From an uncultured Candidatus Rokubacteria bacterium (lineage in GTDB: Bacteria; Methylomirabilota; Methylomirabilia; Rokubacteriales; DASRDR01): 64,000 bases of DNA. Positions 21,637 to 32,250 of this stretch are shown here, in pieces (the first letter of the stretch is position 1; every line of letters begins with the position of its first letter). Where the stretch lies: assembly GCA_963805625.1 (NCBI GenBank), contig CAWDVE010000017.1, forward strand, positions 1 through 64,000, read 5' to 3'. The notes below the pieces were generated by a model that ran no database searches, had not been told where the DNA came from, and worked only from the letters and a program-made list of their open reading frames with translations. The position numbers and the translations under genes are program-made.

Positions 21637-22974
21637 TGTCCTTCGCCAAAACCGCATCCGACTCGTTTGACGACGACCCATGCTCTTGTCACGAGCGCAC
21701 CACGCCGGAGATCTGAGGTAGCGGGTCCGACGCAGGGACAGTCGGCAGCCTCAGACTCTCGGCCCCGCCACCCAGAAACGGTGGATGTCGGCGTCGGACC
21801 GAATGGCGCAGGAAGGATCGCGTGGGGAGTCGCGGGTCAGTGGCGGCAGTCCGGCCGGGCGATGCGAGATCAGGCCGCTTGCCGGACGTCGCGATGATGC
21901 AGGCCACCGACTTCGGGAAGCGCCACGACCCGGCCCGCCTCCGGCCGTTCGACGGGCCTCACGTCTGGCGCATCCTTGTCGAGCGATAGATGGGTTCGGG
22001 CGTGGTGATGGTACGCAAAGTACGCAGTCAGGATGCGATGCAGGTGCGGCTCGCTCAGCACGAGAACATGGTCCAGACATTCGCGCCGGATCGAGCCAAT
22101 GAACCGCTCCGCGAAGGGGTTCTGCCACGGGCTCTGGGGCGCGGTCAGCACGTCCCGGATTCCCATGCCCGTCACTCGGTGCCGAAACGCGTCGCCATAG
22201 ACCGCGTCGCGATCGCGGAGAGGGTAGGACGGCGCGGTGTCGTTTGGGGAGGCATCCACGATCTGTTGGGCCGTCCAGTGTGCGGTGGGGTGTTCGGTCA
22301 CGTTGAAGTGGACGACGCGCCGGCGATGGTGAGCGAGCACGACGAGGACGAAGAGCACCCGCAAGCCCGCGGTGGGGACCGTGAAGAAATCGAGGGAGAC
22401 CAGGTCCCGGACGTGGTTGGCGAGGAACGTGCGCCAGGTCTGCGACGGGGGGGTGCGCCGCTTCGGGAGCAGCCGGGAGACGGTCCGCTCTGCCACCTCG
22501 ACGCCGAGCTTCCTGAGTTCGCCGTGGATTCGCGGGCGCGCCCCACAAGGGAGTCATCGCCGTCATTTTTCTGATGAGGGCGGTGATCTCCGCGTTGATC
22601 GGCGGGCGGCCCACCCGAGGGCGGCCGGAGAGCCTCGTCCAGTGCTCACGGAAGCGACGGCGCTGCCACCGCAGGACAGTGTCGGGCGACACGATGACCA
22701 GAGCCTGCCTCCAGCCGGCCCAGACTCTGGCCAGCCCAACCCACAAGAGGCGATCCAGCGTGCGCAATCTGGGCCGAGGCACCGATCGTTCGTACACGGC
22801 GAGCTGCTGACGCAAGGCGAGGTTCTCCAGGGCGAGCTGGCGGTGGCCGCCGCAGAGGAACGGGAGGAGTCGAACCAGGTGGAGCACGAGGGTGATCATC
22901 AAGCTCGGATATTGTCCGGATCAGAGCTGATAGATCAACCACTTGCCCACGGGATGGAGTTTTGGCGAAGGACA
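21637..22974 (-). mobile_element. IS481/IS3-like element subgroup A with frameshifted transposase
   Basis: Same termini as 10924-12232; ORFs 21751..22902 and 21870..22496 join by a shift near 22535. Confidence 0.85.
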
Positions 22975-23420
22975 GCGTCGTGCGTCCGCTGTCGCGCCTT
23001 CTCCCGCTCCATCTCGTCGGCGAAGGCGGTGACCGAGAGCAGGAGCTTATCTGTGGGGCTCTCCAGCACCCGCTCGCGGTCTTCGAGGTAGTAGAAAATG
23101 CGTACGCCCCCCGTGATGATCTGCTTCAACGCATAGGCGGTCTCGATCTGCTCACGGCCGAGCCGAGACTCCTCGGACATGATCAAGACCTGGAACGGAG
23201 GCTTCGGCTTGAGCGCGTTCATGAGCCGCAGGAACCCCGGCCGCTTCACGAACTCGGCCCCAGAGATCCCGTCGTCCTGGTAGACGCGGGCGGGATCGAC
23301 AGTCCAGCCTTTCCTCACGGCATAGGCCGTGGCGTGTTCGATCTGCCGCGTGACCGACTTCTCCTCGTCGGAGACGCCGGCCTGCTCCGTAGACTTCCTG
23401 GCGTAGATGGCTGCGATCAT
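22975..23420 (-). pseudogene. Large serine recombinase, N-terminal catalytic domain only
   Basis: AAIYARKSTEQ, YQDDGISGA, SRLGRE, EREKARQRT; truncated by the IS. Confidence 0.85.
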
Positions 23421-23442
23421 CCAAATACCCTCCGCGTCACGG

Positions 23443-24021
23443 TCAACGCTCGAACGCCTCGAACGTGCCGCCCACTCCGGGCGTCCCGCACGTGTACACG
23501 CCGCTCCAACGCGCCCCTTCGATGCGCCCGACCACCGTGCAGCCACGCGCGCCAAACGTCGCGCGGTAGTCGTTCCGCTCTCGGTACACCTCCACCTCGC
23601 CGCTCTCACCCGCGCCGCTACGGTACGTGCCCTTCGTGAGCGACTCGGCTGAAGGCCCGTGCGTCCAGATCCACAGGGCTACGCTTCCTCCGTTGACGAA
23701 CGTGACCCGTCCACTCAGCCACGGCGCGGGGTCACTCTCGCGAGGACGATAGAAACACTCGGACAGGGCTTCGTACAGTCCAGGTATCGGAACCCCTGGC
23801 GCGGTGGGCGGAACTCCGACAGTGGAGCGCCACACTCTCGCGGACGCGTCGTAGCGGTAGCCCAACTTTCGCCCCACGTCGCCGCGACACTCATCCGCTC
23901 GGATCTCTCTCGGGGACTGCGCAGTCGCACACCCGAACACGGCGAGCGCCAGCATCAGGAAGATGGGCAGGACCCCTTGGTGCGCGCGGACTTCATCGGT
24001 CACCCCCTGTGATGCGTTCAC
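23443..24021 (-). CDS. Hypothetical lipoprotein
   Basis: Hydrophobic stretch ending LAVFGC (lipobox-like); start uncertain. Confidence 0.45.
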   Translation of the reverse strand: MNASQGVTDEVRAHQGVLPIFLMLALAVFGCATAQSPREIRADECRGDVGRKLGYRYDASARVWRSTVGVPPTAPGVPIPGLYEALSECFYRPRESDPAPWLSGRVTFVNGGSVALWIWTHGPSAESLTKGTYRSGAGESGEVEVYRERNDYRATFGARGCTVVGRIEGARWSGVYTCGTPGVGGTFEAFER

Positions 24022-24503
24022 GTCGGGTCTCCCCGCACCAGCCAGTCCACGCTGACCAGCTCGGCCAGGGGCTGCAGCACGGCCAGGCGGGGCATCCAGG
24101 CCTCCCGCTCGGCCCGCACGAGAGTCATCTGCCCGAGGCCGAGCTTCCGGGCCAGGTCGACCTGCCGGAGCCCAAGGTGCTCGCGGATCCGTCGGATCCG
24201 ATCCCCGATGGCGACGTATGGACCAACCTCGGCGTCAGACCGGCGACGTGGGATGTGGGGCGCATCCTGGGGCAGTGGGTCGACGGTCCAGCGCGGCGGG
24301 GCGGGGTCGGGCGCTCCGCCGTCGAGGAGCCGAGCCAGCTCGCTCCGCTGCTTCGGCGTGGTCAGGTGCGCGTAGATCATCGTCGTGCCGATCTCCGAAT
24401 GGCCGACGCCTCCTGGATCAGTGCGGAGTCGGCTCGCGAACGAGTGCCGGAGCTTGTGGGGCGACAGCGTCCGGCCGGCGATGCGTCCCACCTGGATCGG
24501 CAA
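24018..24503 (-). pseudogene. Tyrosine recombinase C-terminal remnant fused to an XRE HTH
   Basis: PHKLRHSFAS..GHSEIGTTMIYAH followed by IGDRIRRIRE..LRQVDLA. Confidence 0.7.
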
Positions 24504-24570
24504 CCAGCCGGAAGATCGACTGGCGGTCGAGGCAGTCGCCCACCCGCTTCCCGCGCCCGTTCATGGGCCG

Positions 24571-24603
24571 GCCCTCGGCGGTGTTTGCAGCACCGCCGAG
24601 GGC
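24571..24603 (-). terminator. GC-rich hairpin closing cassette copy 1
   Basis: 13-bp perfect stem GCCCTCGGCGGTG/CACCGCCGAGGGC just past the stop codon. Confidence 0.6.
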
Positions 24604-24614
24604 GTCTTCGCGTC

Positions 24615-24848
24615 TTACGTCAGCAACTCCGGATCGAGGCTGATCAGGTCGTTATGAGCCATCCCGACGGCCAGCTCGCCGCCCGTCTTCAGGAGCTCAT
24701 CGTGTGGGATGGCCCGGGCCGTTCGCTGCCCTTCGACCTCCAACGCGCGGGCCAGCCAGTCGGCCAGCCTCAGATTGGGCCCCGCGGCGACGGTGTACCA
24801 CCGCTGTCCATCGAGCTCCGCAGACGCCACCTGGACGTAGACAATCAT
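24615..24848 (-). CDS. 77-aa unknown protein, cassette gene B copy 1
   Basis: ORF conserved with 53279..53512. Confidence 0.75.
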   Translation of the reverse strand: MIVYVQVASAELDGQRWYTVAAGPNLRLADWLARALEVEGQRTARAIPHDELLKTGGELAVGMAHNDLISLDPELLT

Positions 24849-24863
24849 CCGAGCGGCCCCGGT

Positions 24864-25277
24864 CTAGGACGCGGCCTCGCTGAGAATCTTGACCTCGATC
24901 ATCTGGCGCCCCAGCGCCTGGGCCACGAGGTACGCGGCGTAGTCGTCGTACATCACGAGCGCGCCGCTCTCATCACGGTAGACGTGCCACACCATGGCAC
25001 CCGCTAGAACGCGCTGGACGATGGCCGCGTGAAGCGAGGGCTCCTCGCGGAGCGATGCACGGACGCGATGGAGGGTCTGCGGGTGATGTACTCGGAGCGA
25101 CGCGAGCGGAACCGTGGCCCCGACGACCGACACGGTCCCCTGAATCAGACCGACCTCGAGCGCCACCAGGCGCTCATCGCGGGGCGAGTTGAGATGGGCT
25201 GGCGCCTTGAGGTTCTTGACGGCAATCCTCCTCGGCGTCCGAGGCTGAGGCTTCTCAGACCGACGCTTCCGACCCAT
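24864..25277 (-). CDS. 137-aa protein, possible degenerate ParB/Srx fold, cassette gene A copy 1
   Basis: AGGAGGG RBS; three conserved copies in the window; LVMYDDYAAYLVAQALG..IEVKIL. Confidence 0.75.
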   Translation of the reverse strand: MGRKRRSEKPQPRTPRRIAVKNLKAPAHLNSPRDERLVALEVGLIQGTVSVVGATVPLASLRVHHPQTLHRVRASLREEPSLHAAIVQRVLAGAMVWHVYRDESGALVMYDDYAAYLVAQALGRQMIEVKILSEAAS

Positions 25278-25976
25278 GAGGTCCCTCCTGTTCCATGACA
25301 GCGAACCCCTGTCTGTCGAGTCCCATGCTTTGAGGGTTCCTCATCTTGGGTAGGTGCCCGGCGGCTCCCGACGACCGACCCTACCAAGCCCCCGCCCCGG
25401 GCGCTAGACGGGCTCCGACGCCGTCGCCGTGTCCGGCGTATACTCAAGGTGCCTTCCAGGGGACCGCGGGGTAGTCACGGTCCCCCCTTGGCATCTGGCT
25501 TGGGTAGTTCCCCTCCGTGCGCATGGCGCTCCAACGTTCGGGGCGCGTGTGGAGGACCTGCCAAATGTCGCTGACCACCAGATGGCGGTCCGTATCCGCG
25601 CCCGGCCGATCCGGCGGTGCGGCGAGTTGCTTGCGATGAAGCCGGGAAAGAACCAACACGAGGGCAACGGTGCTAGGGGGGCGTTCCCCCTAGCAGAGCC
25701 CACGCGGCACGAGACGCGGGCCTCTCAAGAGATCAAGCACACGGCTCTCCGGGTAGCGAAGCCTCCAGAGTCAGACTTCGACGCCGCCGTGGATCGCCTA
25801 CGCCGGGTCCTCAACGCGGTCCGCGATGCCCAGGAGATGCTGGAGCGGCTCGTCCGCACGGGGCCCGTCGCGGGACGGTCGACTCTGTCGGCCTCGATCG
25901 AAGACCTCGAATGGACGGCCGTGGAGCTGTCGACCGCCTTGGCCGGGCTCCAGGAGCCCGACAGCGAAGCGTCGCG

Positions 25977-26210
25977 ATAACCACGCCATTTCCTTCCCCC
26001 ACGGCCCCGGAACCCCTCCGGTTCTCCATCGTCGGCAGGATCGCCACCTGGGATCCGTTCGGGCGCTGGCTGCGGATCGGGGAGCGCAACTTCTGGGTGG
26101 CCCCGGGCGTGACGGTGGCCGGCCTCATTCCGGGGGCCATGGTCACCGCCCTCGGGCACCAGGAGGACCTGACCGCCCGGTGGATCGTGACGGCGCTCAC
26201 GGTCGACTGA
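25977..26210 (+). CDS. Small beta-rich (OB-fold/DUF5666-like) protein; start appears mutated (ATA)
   Basis: GRIATWDP...VAPGV....L.PGA.VT..G......RWIVT shared with the ORFs at 39719 and 40307. Confidence 0.5.
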   Translation: MTTPFPSPTAPEPLRFSIVGRIATWDPFGRWLRIGERNFWVAPGVTVAGLIPGAMVTALGHQEDLTARWIVTALTVD

Positions 26211-26377
26211 CCCCGTCCTACGATGACGCGCGGCCGGCGCTGGACGGCGGTCGCGGGGGCGGTGGTTGAGTTCGTGGCGGGCGCCTTGATCACGGCCATC
26301 GCGCTCGCCCTCGCCACCCTGCCGTGGCTCGGCTGGCATCTGCTGAGATGGATTGGCCTGCAGTAGGAGGAGTCCGA

Positions 26378-26947
26378 GTGGACAAGGCCAGCGACCGCAG
26401 GCTTGTGGAGTACTACCGGCATCAGCTCTTCAGCAACGGCACCCAGTACTACGCCGCCGCGCGGATGCTGTTCATCGCGGGAGGCGCGCCGGTCACCGGG
26501 AACCTCACCCACCACGCCATCGAGATGTTCCTGAAGGGGGCGCTCTGCCGGGCAGTCCCGCTCAAACGACTGGCGAATCTCCGTGAGTTCGGTCACTCCC
26601 TGACGCGTCTGTGGGGGCGGTTCAAGACGGAGACGGAGGACGCGACGCTGGCCCGCTTCGACGGCACAATCGCCGTGCTCGATCCATGGGAAGAACTTCG
26701 CTACCCCGACAAGGTGCTCGGCCTCGCGCTTCGCCTCTCGTTCGACCCGGCGCCGCTCCCGCCCACGCCACCGGGCGCCTCCCGCAGCTACCAGCTCGCG
26801 CTGCGGGAACTGGACAAGCTGGTTGAGTGCATCCTCGTGAAGGCGTCCGTGAGTCCAGCCGGTCTGGCGCTCAACGTGAACCACGCGGGACGCGCGGCGC
26901 TCGCTCGCGAAAACGCCACCGGGATCTGGACCGCACGCGAGCCGTGA
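26378..26947 (+). CDS. HEPN-domain protein
   Basis: YYAAAR, HHAIEMFLKG, GHSL..LW, LRYP; AGGAGGAG RBS before GTG. Confidence 0.7.
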   Translation: MDKASDRRLVEYYRHQLFSNGTQYYAAARMLFIAGGAPVTGNLTHHAIEMFLKGALCRAVPLKRLANLREFGHSLTRLWGRFKTETEDATLARFDGTIAVLDPWEELRYPDKVLGLALRLSFDPAPLPPTPPGASRSYQLALRELDKLVECILVKASVSPAGLALNVNHAGRAALARENATGIWTAREP

Positions 26948-27428
26948 AGCCGTGAAGCAACGGCCCAGCGTGCTCGCCGTCACCGCGCGACACTCACGCC
27001 CATCAGCGCGCCGCCGAGCACGAGCCCCAGCGTGAAGCCGACGACCCGCGCGACCCAGACGGGGAGGGCCCGTAGCACGGTGAGATCCCCGTGGCGCAGC
27101 GCGTAGGCAAGCGCCCAGAGGATGCGGGCGAGAGACATGCGCGACCTCCTTGCGGTGTCCGGGCACCGCCGCATCCTCCCGGAGGAGAGGCACCCGGCCG
27201 AGATCGCGTCCGGGTTGCCGGTGGAGGCCCGGTGGGTCCCATCCACGCTCGTGATGCGTGGCGCCACATTTCTCACGATCGCCGCTCGTCGTCAAGGCCA
27301 CTCACGTGCTGGCCCCGATCCCCACCCGAGCACGCCGGCGCTCCCGGAAGGCGCGCTGACGGACCCGGTTCCCCTCGGCCAGGGTCGCGTACAGGCGTGG
27401 GCGCCCGCCACGGCCGGCCCGGCCCGTA

Positions 27429-27690
27429 GTGTCCGAAAACTCCGCCCAGGCTCAGATCGCGCGGTGGTAGTACCGCAACAGTCCGCCCAACCGCTCACGG
27501 CAACGCACGTGGGTGCCCCGGAGGGGGCGAGTCTCGGGTGTGATCAACTCGTTGCCGAGCCCCTGATGGTTCCGCTCCCGATGGGAGTGCGCCACGAACT
27601 CGCCGAGGGCGTGGAGCAGGTGACGTTCCCCGAAGAAGGATCAGGCGGTCGAGGCACTCCTCGCGGATCGAGCGCACGCGCCGTTCGAGC
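27429..27690 (-). mobile_element. Decayed rve-type IS remnant
   Basis: ERRVRSIREECLDRLILL fragment and a TGTCCGAAAACTCC-like end. Confidence 0.55.
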
Positions 27691-27818
27691 CTCGGCTCAG
27701 GCGGAAGGTCGAGCGGGGGCTGCAGCCAAAGAGGCTCCTTTTCTCCGGGAGCCATTTCGTAGTGAAGATCGTAGCGACGATCCGCCAAGTCCTCGCCGGA
27801 ACAGGCCAGGGCCGTCGT

Positions 27819-27863
27819 CTTCTAAGCCGGATGCCGGGGGTTCGAGTCCCCCCAGGCGCGCCA
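27819..27863 (+). repeat. tRNA-Arg(TCT) 3' half, diverged copy 3
   Basis: CTTCTAAGCCGGATGCCGGGGGTTCGAGTCCCCCCAGGCGCGCCA. Confidence 0.8.
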
Positions 27864-28800
27864 ACACCCCAATGTTTACCATCGCTTAGCCAACAGTTTG
27901 TGGCGAGGCCGACGCGCGGTGGAGAGGCCGTTGCTCAACGCTCGCCTCGGTGCGTAAGGGCCTCACGCAGGGAGCGAAGCCGGCCGGACGCGATCCTTCC
28001 GCACCGTTCTGTTCCCCGGGCAGCCAGGCCGCCGAGCCGACCTCGACGCCCCGCGTGGCCGGACGGGGTTTTGGCGAAGGACAGGGCGGACGCGACCGCG
28101 TCGTGGTCTACGAAGCGACACAGTCATCGTACGGTCAGCCTTGACCGGCGCCGCGACGCCGTGCCGGCGGCGAGCCTCATGGCCGCCCTCGTCGAGGACG
28201 CACGCCGGGGGCCGCCGCGCGATCGAGCGATCTTTCTCATCATGCGCTTGACCGGTATTGGACGTTGGAGAAACAGGCTACTGTGCTGAACAAGGCTAAC
28301 GGGCGGATCGCGTACCGCATCTTTATCTCGTCATGGGACCGGCAGCGTGACGAACCTCCGTGCGATTGCGCGTGCTCATCGATGGACAGCGGCCGGGCGC
28401 TGCGGAATTGACGTTGACGACCAAGGCAACGGCACGGTGATCGAACAGCAGCTGTATCAGCTGATCCGGCGGAAGCCCATCGCTGTTCGACAGTTGGAGA
28501 TCGAGTGTCTCGATTCGGGCGTGGAGGCGTTTGCGTTCACGTTCGGCTGATCCACGGCAGAGGCTATTCACCCGATCACCGCGCCTTGGCGGTGGTCTCG
28601 ATCAGGTCGAACCCAGTGATTTCGTTGATGCCGACACAAATGCGACCGCCGCATCGCCGAAGGCCTCGCCGCGCGTCGAACAGCGCCGGCCGGCACGGGC
28701 GCGGAAACGACGCAGGGTCACCGATCAGCCAGATAGGTGGGCGAAATACGGCGGGAGCGTGCGGGACAACGCTCTTGCACTGCCTTACCCTATAGACGCC

Positions 28801-29622
28801 ATGATCCGGCCATTGACGACCCTCGGCTTCGGCCTGCTCTGTCTCGTGAGCGCGACCGTCGCGTGCGCCGAGCCCGAGCTGCGAAGGGGCACCATCATCA
28901 TCGGCGTCCCGCGGGCCCGGTTCGTGGTCCTTGGTGCGGATCGATTGTGGAGCACCGCGCTGCCGAGGCCCGGCGACCCTCCCTCGGAACGGCGGGGACG
29001 GCAGGTGAAGATTGCCCTCCACGAATCGTTGCCCCTGGCGGTCGCCGCAGCGGGGCTCGCAACGCTGGGACCGCAGCAGGATACCGTGGAATACATTCGC
29101 CACCTGATCACCCCGCTGGACAAATCGCGCCTGAATCTCGACACGATTGTCGAGCTACTGCGCACGCAGTTGCACGACAGGCTACGGGCGGTGCGGCATC
29201 CAACGAAGGACGTCCGGGCCACCAAATCGGCGGATGCCGAGGCGAAGATACGGCTGAAGGCGGCGACGCTGACACTCCTCGTGGCCTACGTGGCGGCGGG
29301 ACGTGCCACACTCGGCTGGCTCCAGCTCGACGATACCTGGAAAGCGAAACGCGAATCGCCGCCCCACGGGGCGGTGGCGTGGCCGGACTCCCTAGACCGC
29401 TTCTACCTCAAGGGGCCCTTCGCGGGCACGGCCGCTCTGTTTGGCTATTCGCTCCAAGAGCCGGCGAAGCTCGCCGAGCACGTCCGTCGGGTGATCGAGG
29501 CAGGCATTCACGAAGACGCCCGGCTCAACCAAGGGCAGAACCGGCACGTTGGGGGGCCAGTCGACGTCGTACTCATCGATGCCAAGGGGGCTCGCTGCGT
29601 CCCGTCGTGCGCGCCCCCATGA
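28801..29622 (+). CDS. Secreted protein with proteasome-beta/Ntn-hydrolase-like motifs
   Basis: Signal peptide, then G|TIIIGV...VVLGADR...VKI and C-terminal HVGGPVDVVLID. Confidence 0.55.
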   Translation: MIRPLTTLGFGLLCLVSATVACAEPELRRGTIIIGVPRARFVVLGADRLWSTALPRPGDPPSERRGRQVKIALHESLPLAVAAAGLATLGPQQDTVEYIRHLITPLDKSRLNLDTIVELLRTQLHDRLRAVRHPTKDVRATKSADAEAKIRLKAATLTLLVAYVAAGRATLGWLQLDDTWKAKRESPPHGAVAWPDSLDRFYLKGPFAGTAALFGYSLQEPAKLAEHVRRVIEAGIHEDARLNQGQNRHVGGPVDVVLIDAKGARCVPSCAPP

Positions 29623-29892
29623 CCCGTCCCCGACCGCACCACGACGATGGTCCCGGCAGACCCGGCGAGATTGTCTGGTCAGACCGTCGCGTCCCGCTCC
29701 GGCTTCCTCGTCAACGCGACGGATTGTCGCGCGACGGTCCCTCACGGGAACCTGCTCCCACCGGATGGGCGGCGGACACGCGGGTACGGCCACGAACCCT
29801 GCGCCGATGGCCGTCTTGAGAGCGTCCAGCGGCGCTGGACCCTGCGGTCGGAGAAGGCCTCACACATGGGACGATGTCATGGGACGAGCGAC

Positions 29893-30614
29893 GTGATCGC
29901 GCGGCGAGCGTTCCTGAGGCTCGGGCGGGCCGCGCTGCCCTGGCCCGCCATCCTGACCGCCGGCCGCGTGAGAGCCGATCCCCTCGCCGAGACTTTGGCC
30001 GAGCTGGAGCAGAAGACGCGAGAGTACCAGGACACCCTCGCACGACTTCTCGCCCGGCAGGAACAGGCGGTCGTTCGAGCCACCGCCACCGCGGAGCGAT
30101 ACCGGACCCTTCATGCCGAGGGATTGGTCGCTCGCCGTGACGTGAAGGACGCCGAGCACGCAGTGGCCGAGGCGCGAGGCCGTCTCGACGAGACGCGGAA
30201 CCAGCTGGCAGACTCCCAGCGGATCGTGGTGGAAGCGCAGGCGCTCCGGCGCCTGGCGGCGCTCCCTCCCGTGTGCCCGGGCGAGGAGCGATTGACGCCG
30301 GACGTGCTCGAGTACCGCGGCGCCAGTCCCTGGACGCTGCCCCAGGTCGTGAGCCTCGCGCAATTCTTCGCCGTGCGGTTCGGGCGGTCCCTCCCGTGAG
30401 CGCCCTCGGCCAGACGCCGTTACACGATCGGCTGGGCTTCGATGATCGGAACGCCGTGGACGTCGCGCTGCATCCGGACAGCGTCGAGGGTCGCGCGCTG
30501 CTCGACCATCTCCGCGCGCGCGGCATTCCCTTCCTGGCCTTCCGCGGGTCCCTTGCGGGCGCGTCGACAGGGCCGCATGTCCACGTCGGCGCCGCGTCTC
30601 CCCGAACGAACTAG
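29893..30614 (+). pseudogene. Tat-signal coiled-coil protein with a peptidase M15-like C-terminal domain, 1-nt frameshift
   Basis: ARRAFL leader; shift near 30394 restores LPVSALGQT...AVDVALHPD...GPHVHVG. Confidence 0.55.
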
Positions 30615-30844
30615 GCGGTGGGCGATGCGAGGTCTCGACGGACCTGGGCCGTCGTAAGGCTCCACCGGCTTCGCGGCCGGGCCCTGGGAGCGTCGGGCTC
30701 GGGCGGATCGGCCGGCGCGTGCCGATGACGGCGCACGGTTTCGGTCTCTGGGGCCTGGCCACCGACCCGGACGTCAGTCCGGAGAACAGGGTACACAGGC
30801 CAAGCTCCCGGCACGCCTCAACACCCGACCCCGAGTCGGAGACT

Positions 30845-32191
30845 CTAAAGCGACTTGAGGTACTCGACTAGGTCCTGGGATTCTGCCGCCGTCAGCCCGA
30901 GGTTCATGACCCGATTGTAGTGGCTCACGACGTCCAGCAGCGTCGGGAAACGCCCATCGTGATAGAAGCCGCCCTTGTGGATCTTCTTGGTCTCCCAGAG
31001 CGCCCGGAGCGGAGTCGTGCGATACGCGTGGTCCGGAGAACGGTCGGCCTGGAAGGAATCGATCCCGATCTCGTCGGCCTTGTGGAGATTCCACCCCGGC
31101 TCCGTGAAGATGGGCGGCACATGGCAGGTGGCGCATCGCGCCTTGCCGGAGAAGGTCGTCTGGCCCCGCGCGGCGCGCGCCTGGTCGAAGGTTCCCGCGG
31201 GCGGCTTCGGCACTGGCATGGCGAGCTGATAGAAATGGAGCGCGGCCAGCTTGGGCGTGATCCGATCGTCCGGCGTGCGCGTGTTCCCCAGTCCCGCGCG
31301 TGCCGCGACCGGATACTGGTCCCGATTGTTCAGCCGGGGATCGAAGAAATTGCCCCGGCCATGCATCTCGAGGTTGGCCACGAACGCATTCCAGTACGTC
31401 ACACCACCCCAGGAGCCCGTCCACGTATGCTGATTGACCCCCGCCAGGCCGAACGCCGGTGGGATCAGCGTGGCGGCGGACTTACCATCGGGACGGAACG
31501 CCTTCCCGTCGAGGGTGAGCTGGGCGTCGAACTTGCCCGGCCCCCAGCTGGCGAGCACCTTGCGAACGGTCGCCTCGTCGACCCCCAGAAGGTCTACGTA
31601 GGGCTTCAATGTCGGGGCCAGCGACACAATGGCCCCGATGTTCAGATCGCTGTTGGGCCAGCCATCGAGCCGACGGCCGATGCCGGGCGCCAGGGCGTCG
31701 TCGACATGGGAATGGCAGAGCGCGCACTGGATGCCCAGGGACGTGATTCGCCCCTGCGCATCGAAGAACCCGGTCACTCCCACCACCGCACTGGCCTTGA
31801 GGAGGGCGAGCGTGCTGCCCGGGTCGTCCAGGTCAACTTTCCTCGCCTTGAGGGCCTCCACGAGGGAAGGCGGGAGCGCCGCAACATCGACCTTGAGCCC
31901 GGCGGCCAGGGCCTGCTTCGGCGAGACGCCGGCACCGACGCCGCCATGCTGCTGTCCCGCGATCCCCTGATGGAGCTGGAGCGCGCCTCCCCAGAATCCC
32001 TCGCTGCCGAAGGTGTCGCTGCGAAACGCCGCCCGCCCGTCGTCCATCAGCCGCCGGGCATTCTCGCCGATGGCGCCGTCGAAGCCTCTCGACGTGTCAC
32101 CGCCCGTCTCGGCTCCCCGCATCGACATGCACGCCGCCCCTATTAACCCAGCGAGGACCACGATGCTTCCGACTCGGGCGCCGATCTTCAT
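30845..32191 (-). CDS. Exported di-heme cytochrome c (peroxidase/MauG-like)
   Basis: Two CxxCH motifs (CALCH, CATCH), YRTTPLR, FYHDGRF, DLVEYLKSL. Confidence 0.8.
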   Translation of the reverse strand: MKIGARVGSIVVLAGLIGAACMSMRGAETGGDTSRGFDGAIGENARRLMDDGRAAFRSDTFGSEGFWGGALQLHQGIAGQQHGGVGAGVSPKQALAAGLKVDVAALPPSLVEALKARKVDLDDPGSTLALLKASAVVGVTGFFDAQGRITSLGIQCALCHSHVDDALAPGIGRRLDGWPNSDLNIGAIVSLAPTLKPYVDLLGVDEATVRKVLASWGPGKFDAQLTLDGKAFRPDGKSAATLIPPAFGLAGVNQHTWTGSWGGVTYWNAFVANLEMHGRGNFFDPRLNNRDQYPVAARAGLGNTRTPDDRITPKLAALHFYQLAMPVPKPPAGTFDQARAARGQTTFSGKARCATCHVPPIFTEPGWNLHKADEIGIDSFQADRSPDHAYRTTPLRALWETKKIHKGGFYHDGRFPTLLDVVSHYNRVMNLGLTAAESQDLVEYLKSL

Positions 32192-32250
32192 GACTCGTCT
32201 CCTCGCGCAGCGTCGCCTGCTCACACTTAGATGCGCGGGAGCGCCAGATC

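Noticed and set aside
8690-27863. Complete tRNA genes at 8721, 19800, 21143 and 27819
   Set aside because: No 5' acceptor strand or D-arm upstream of any of them; only 3' halves are present
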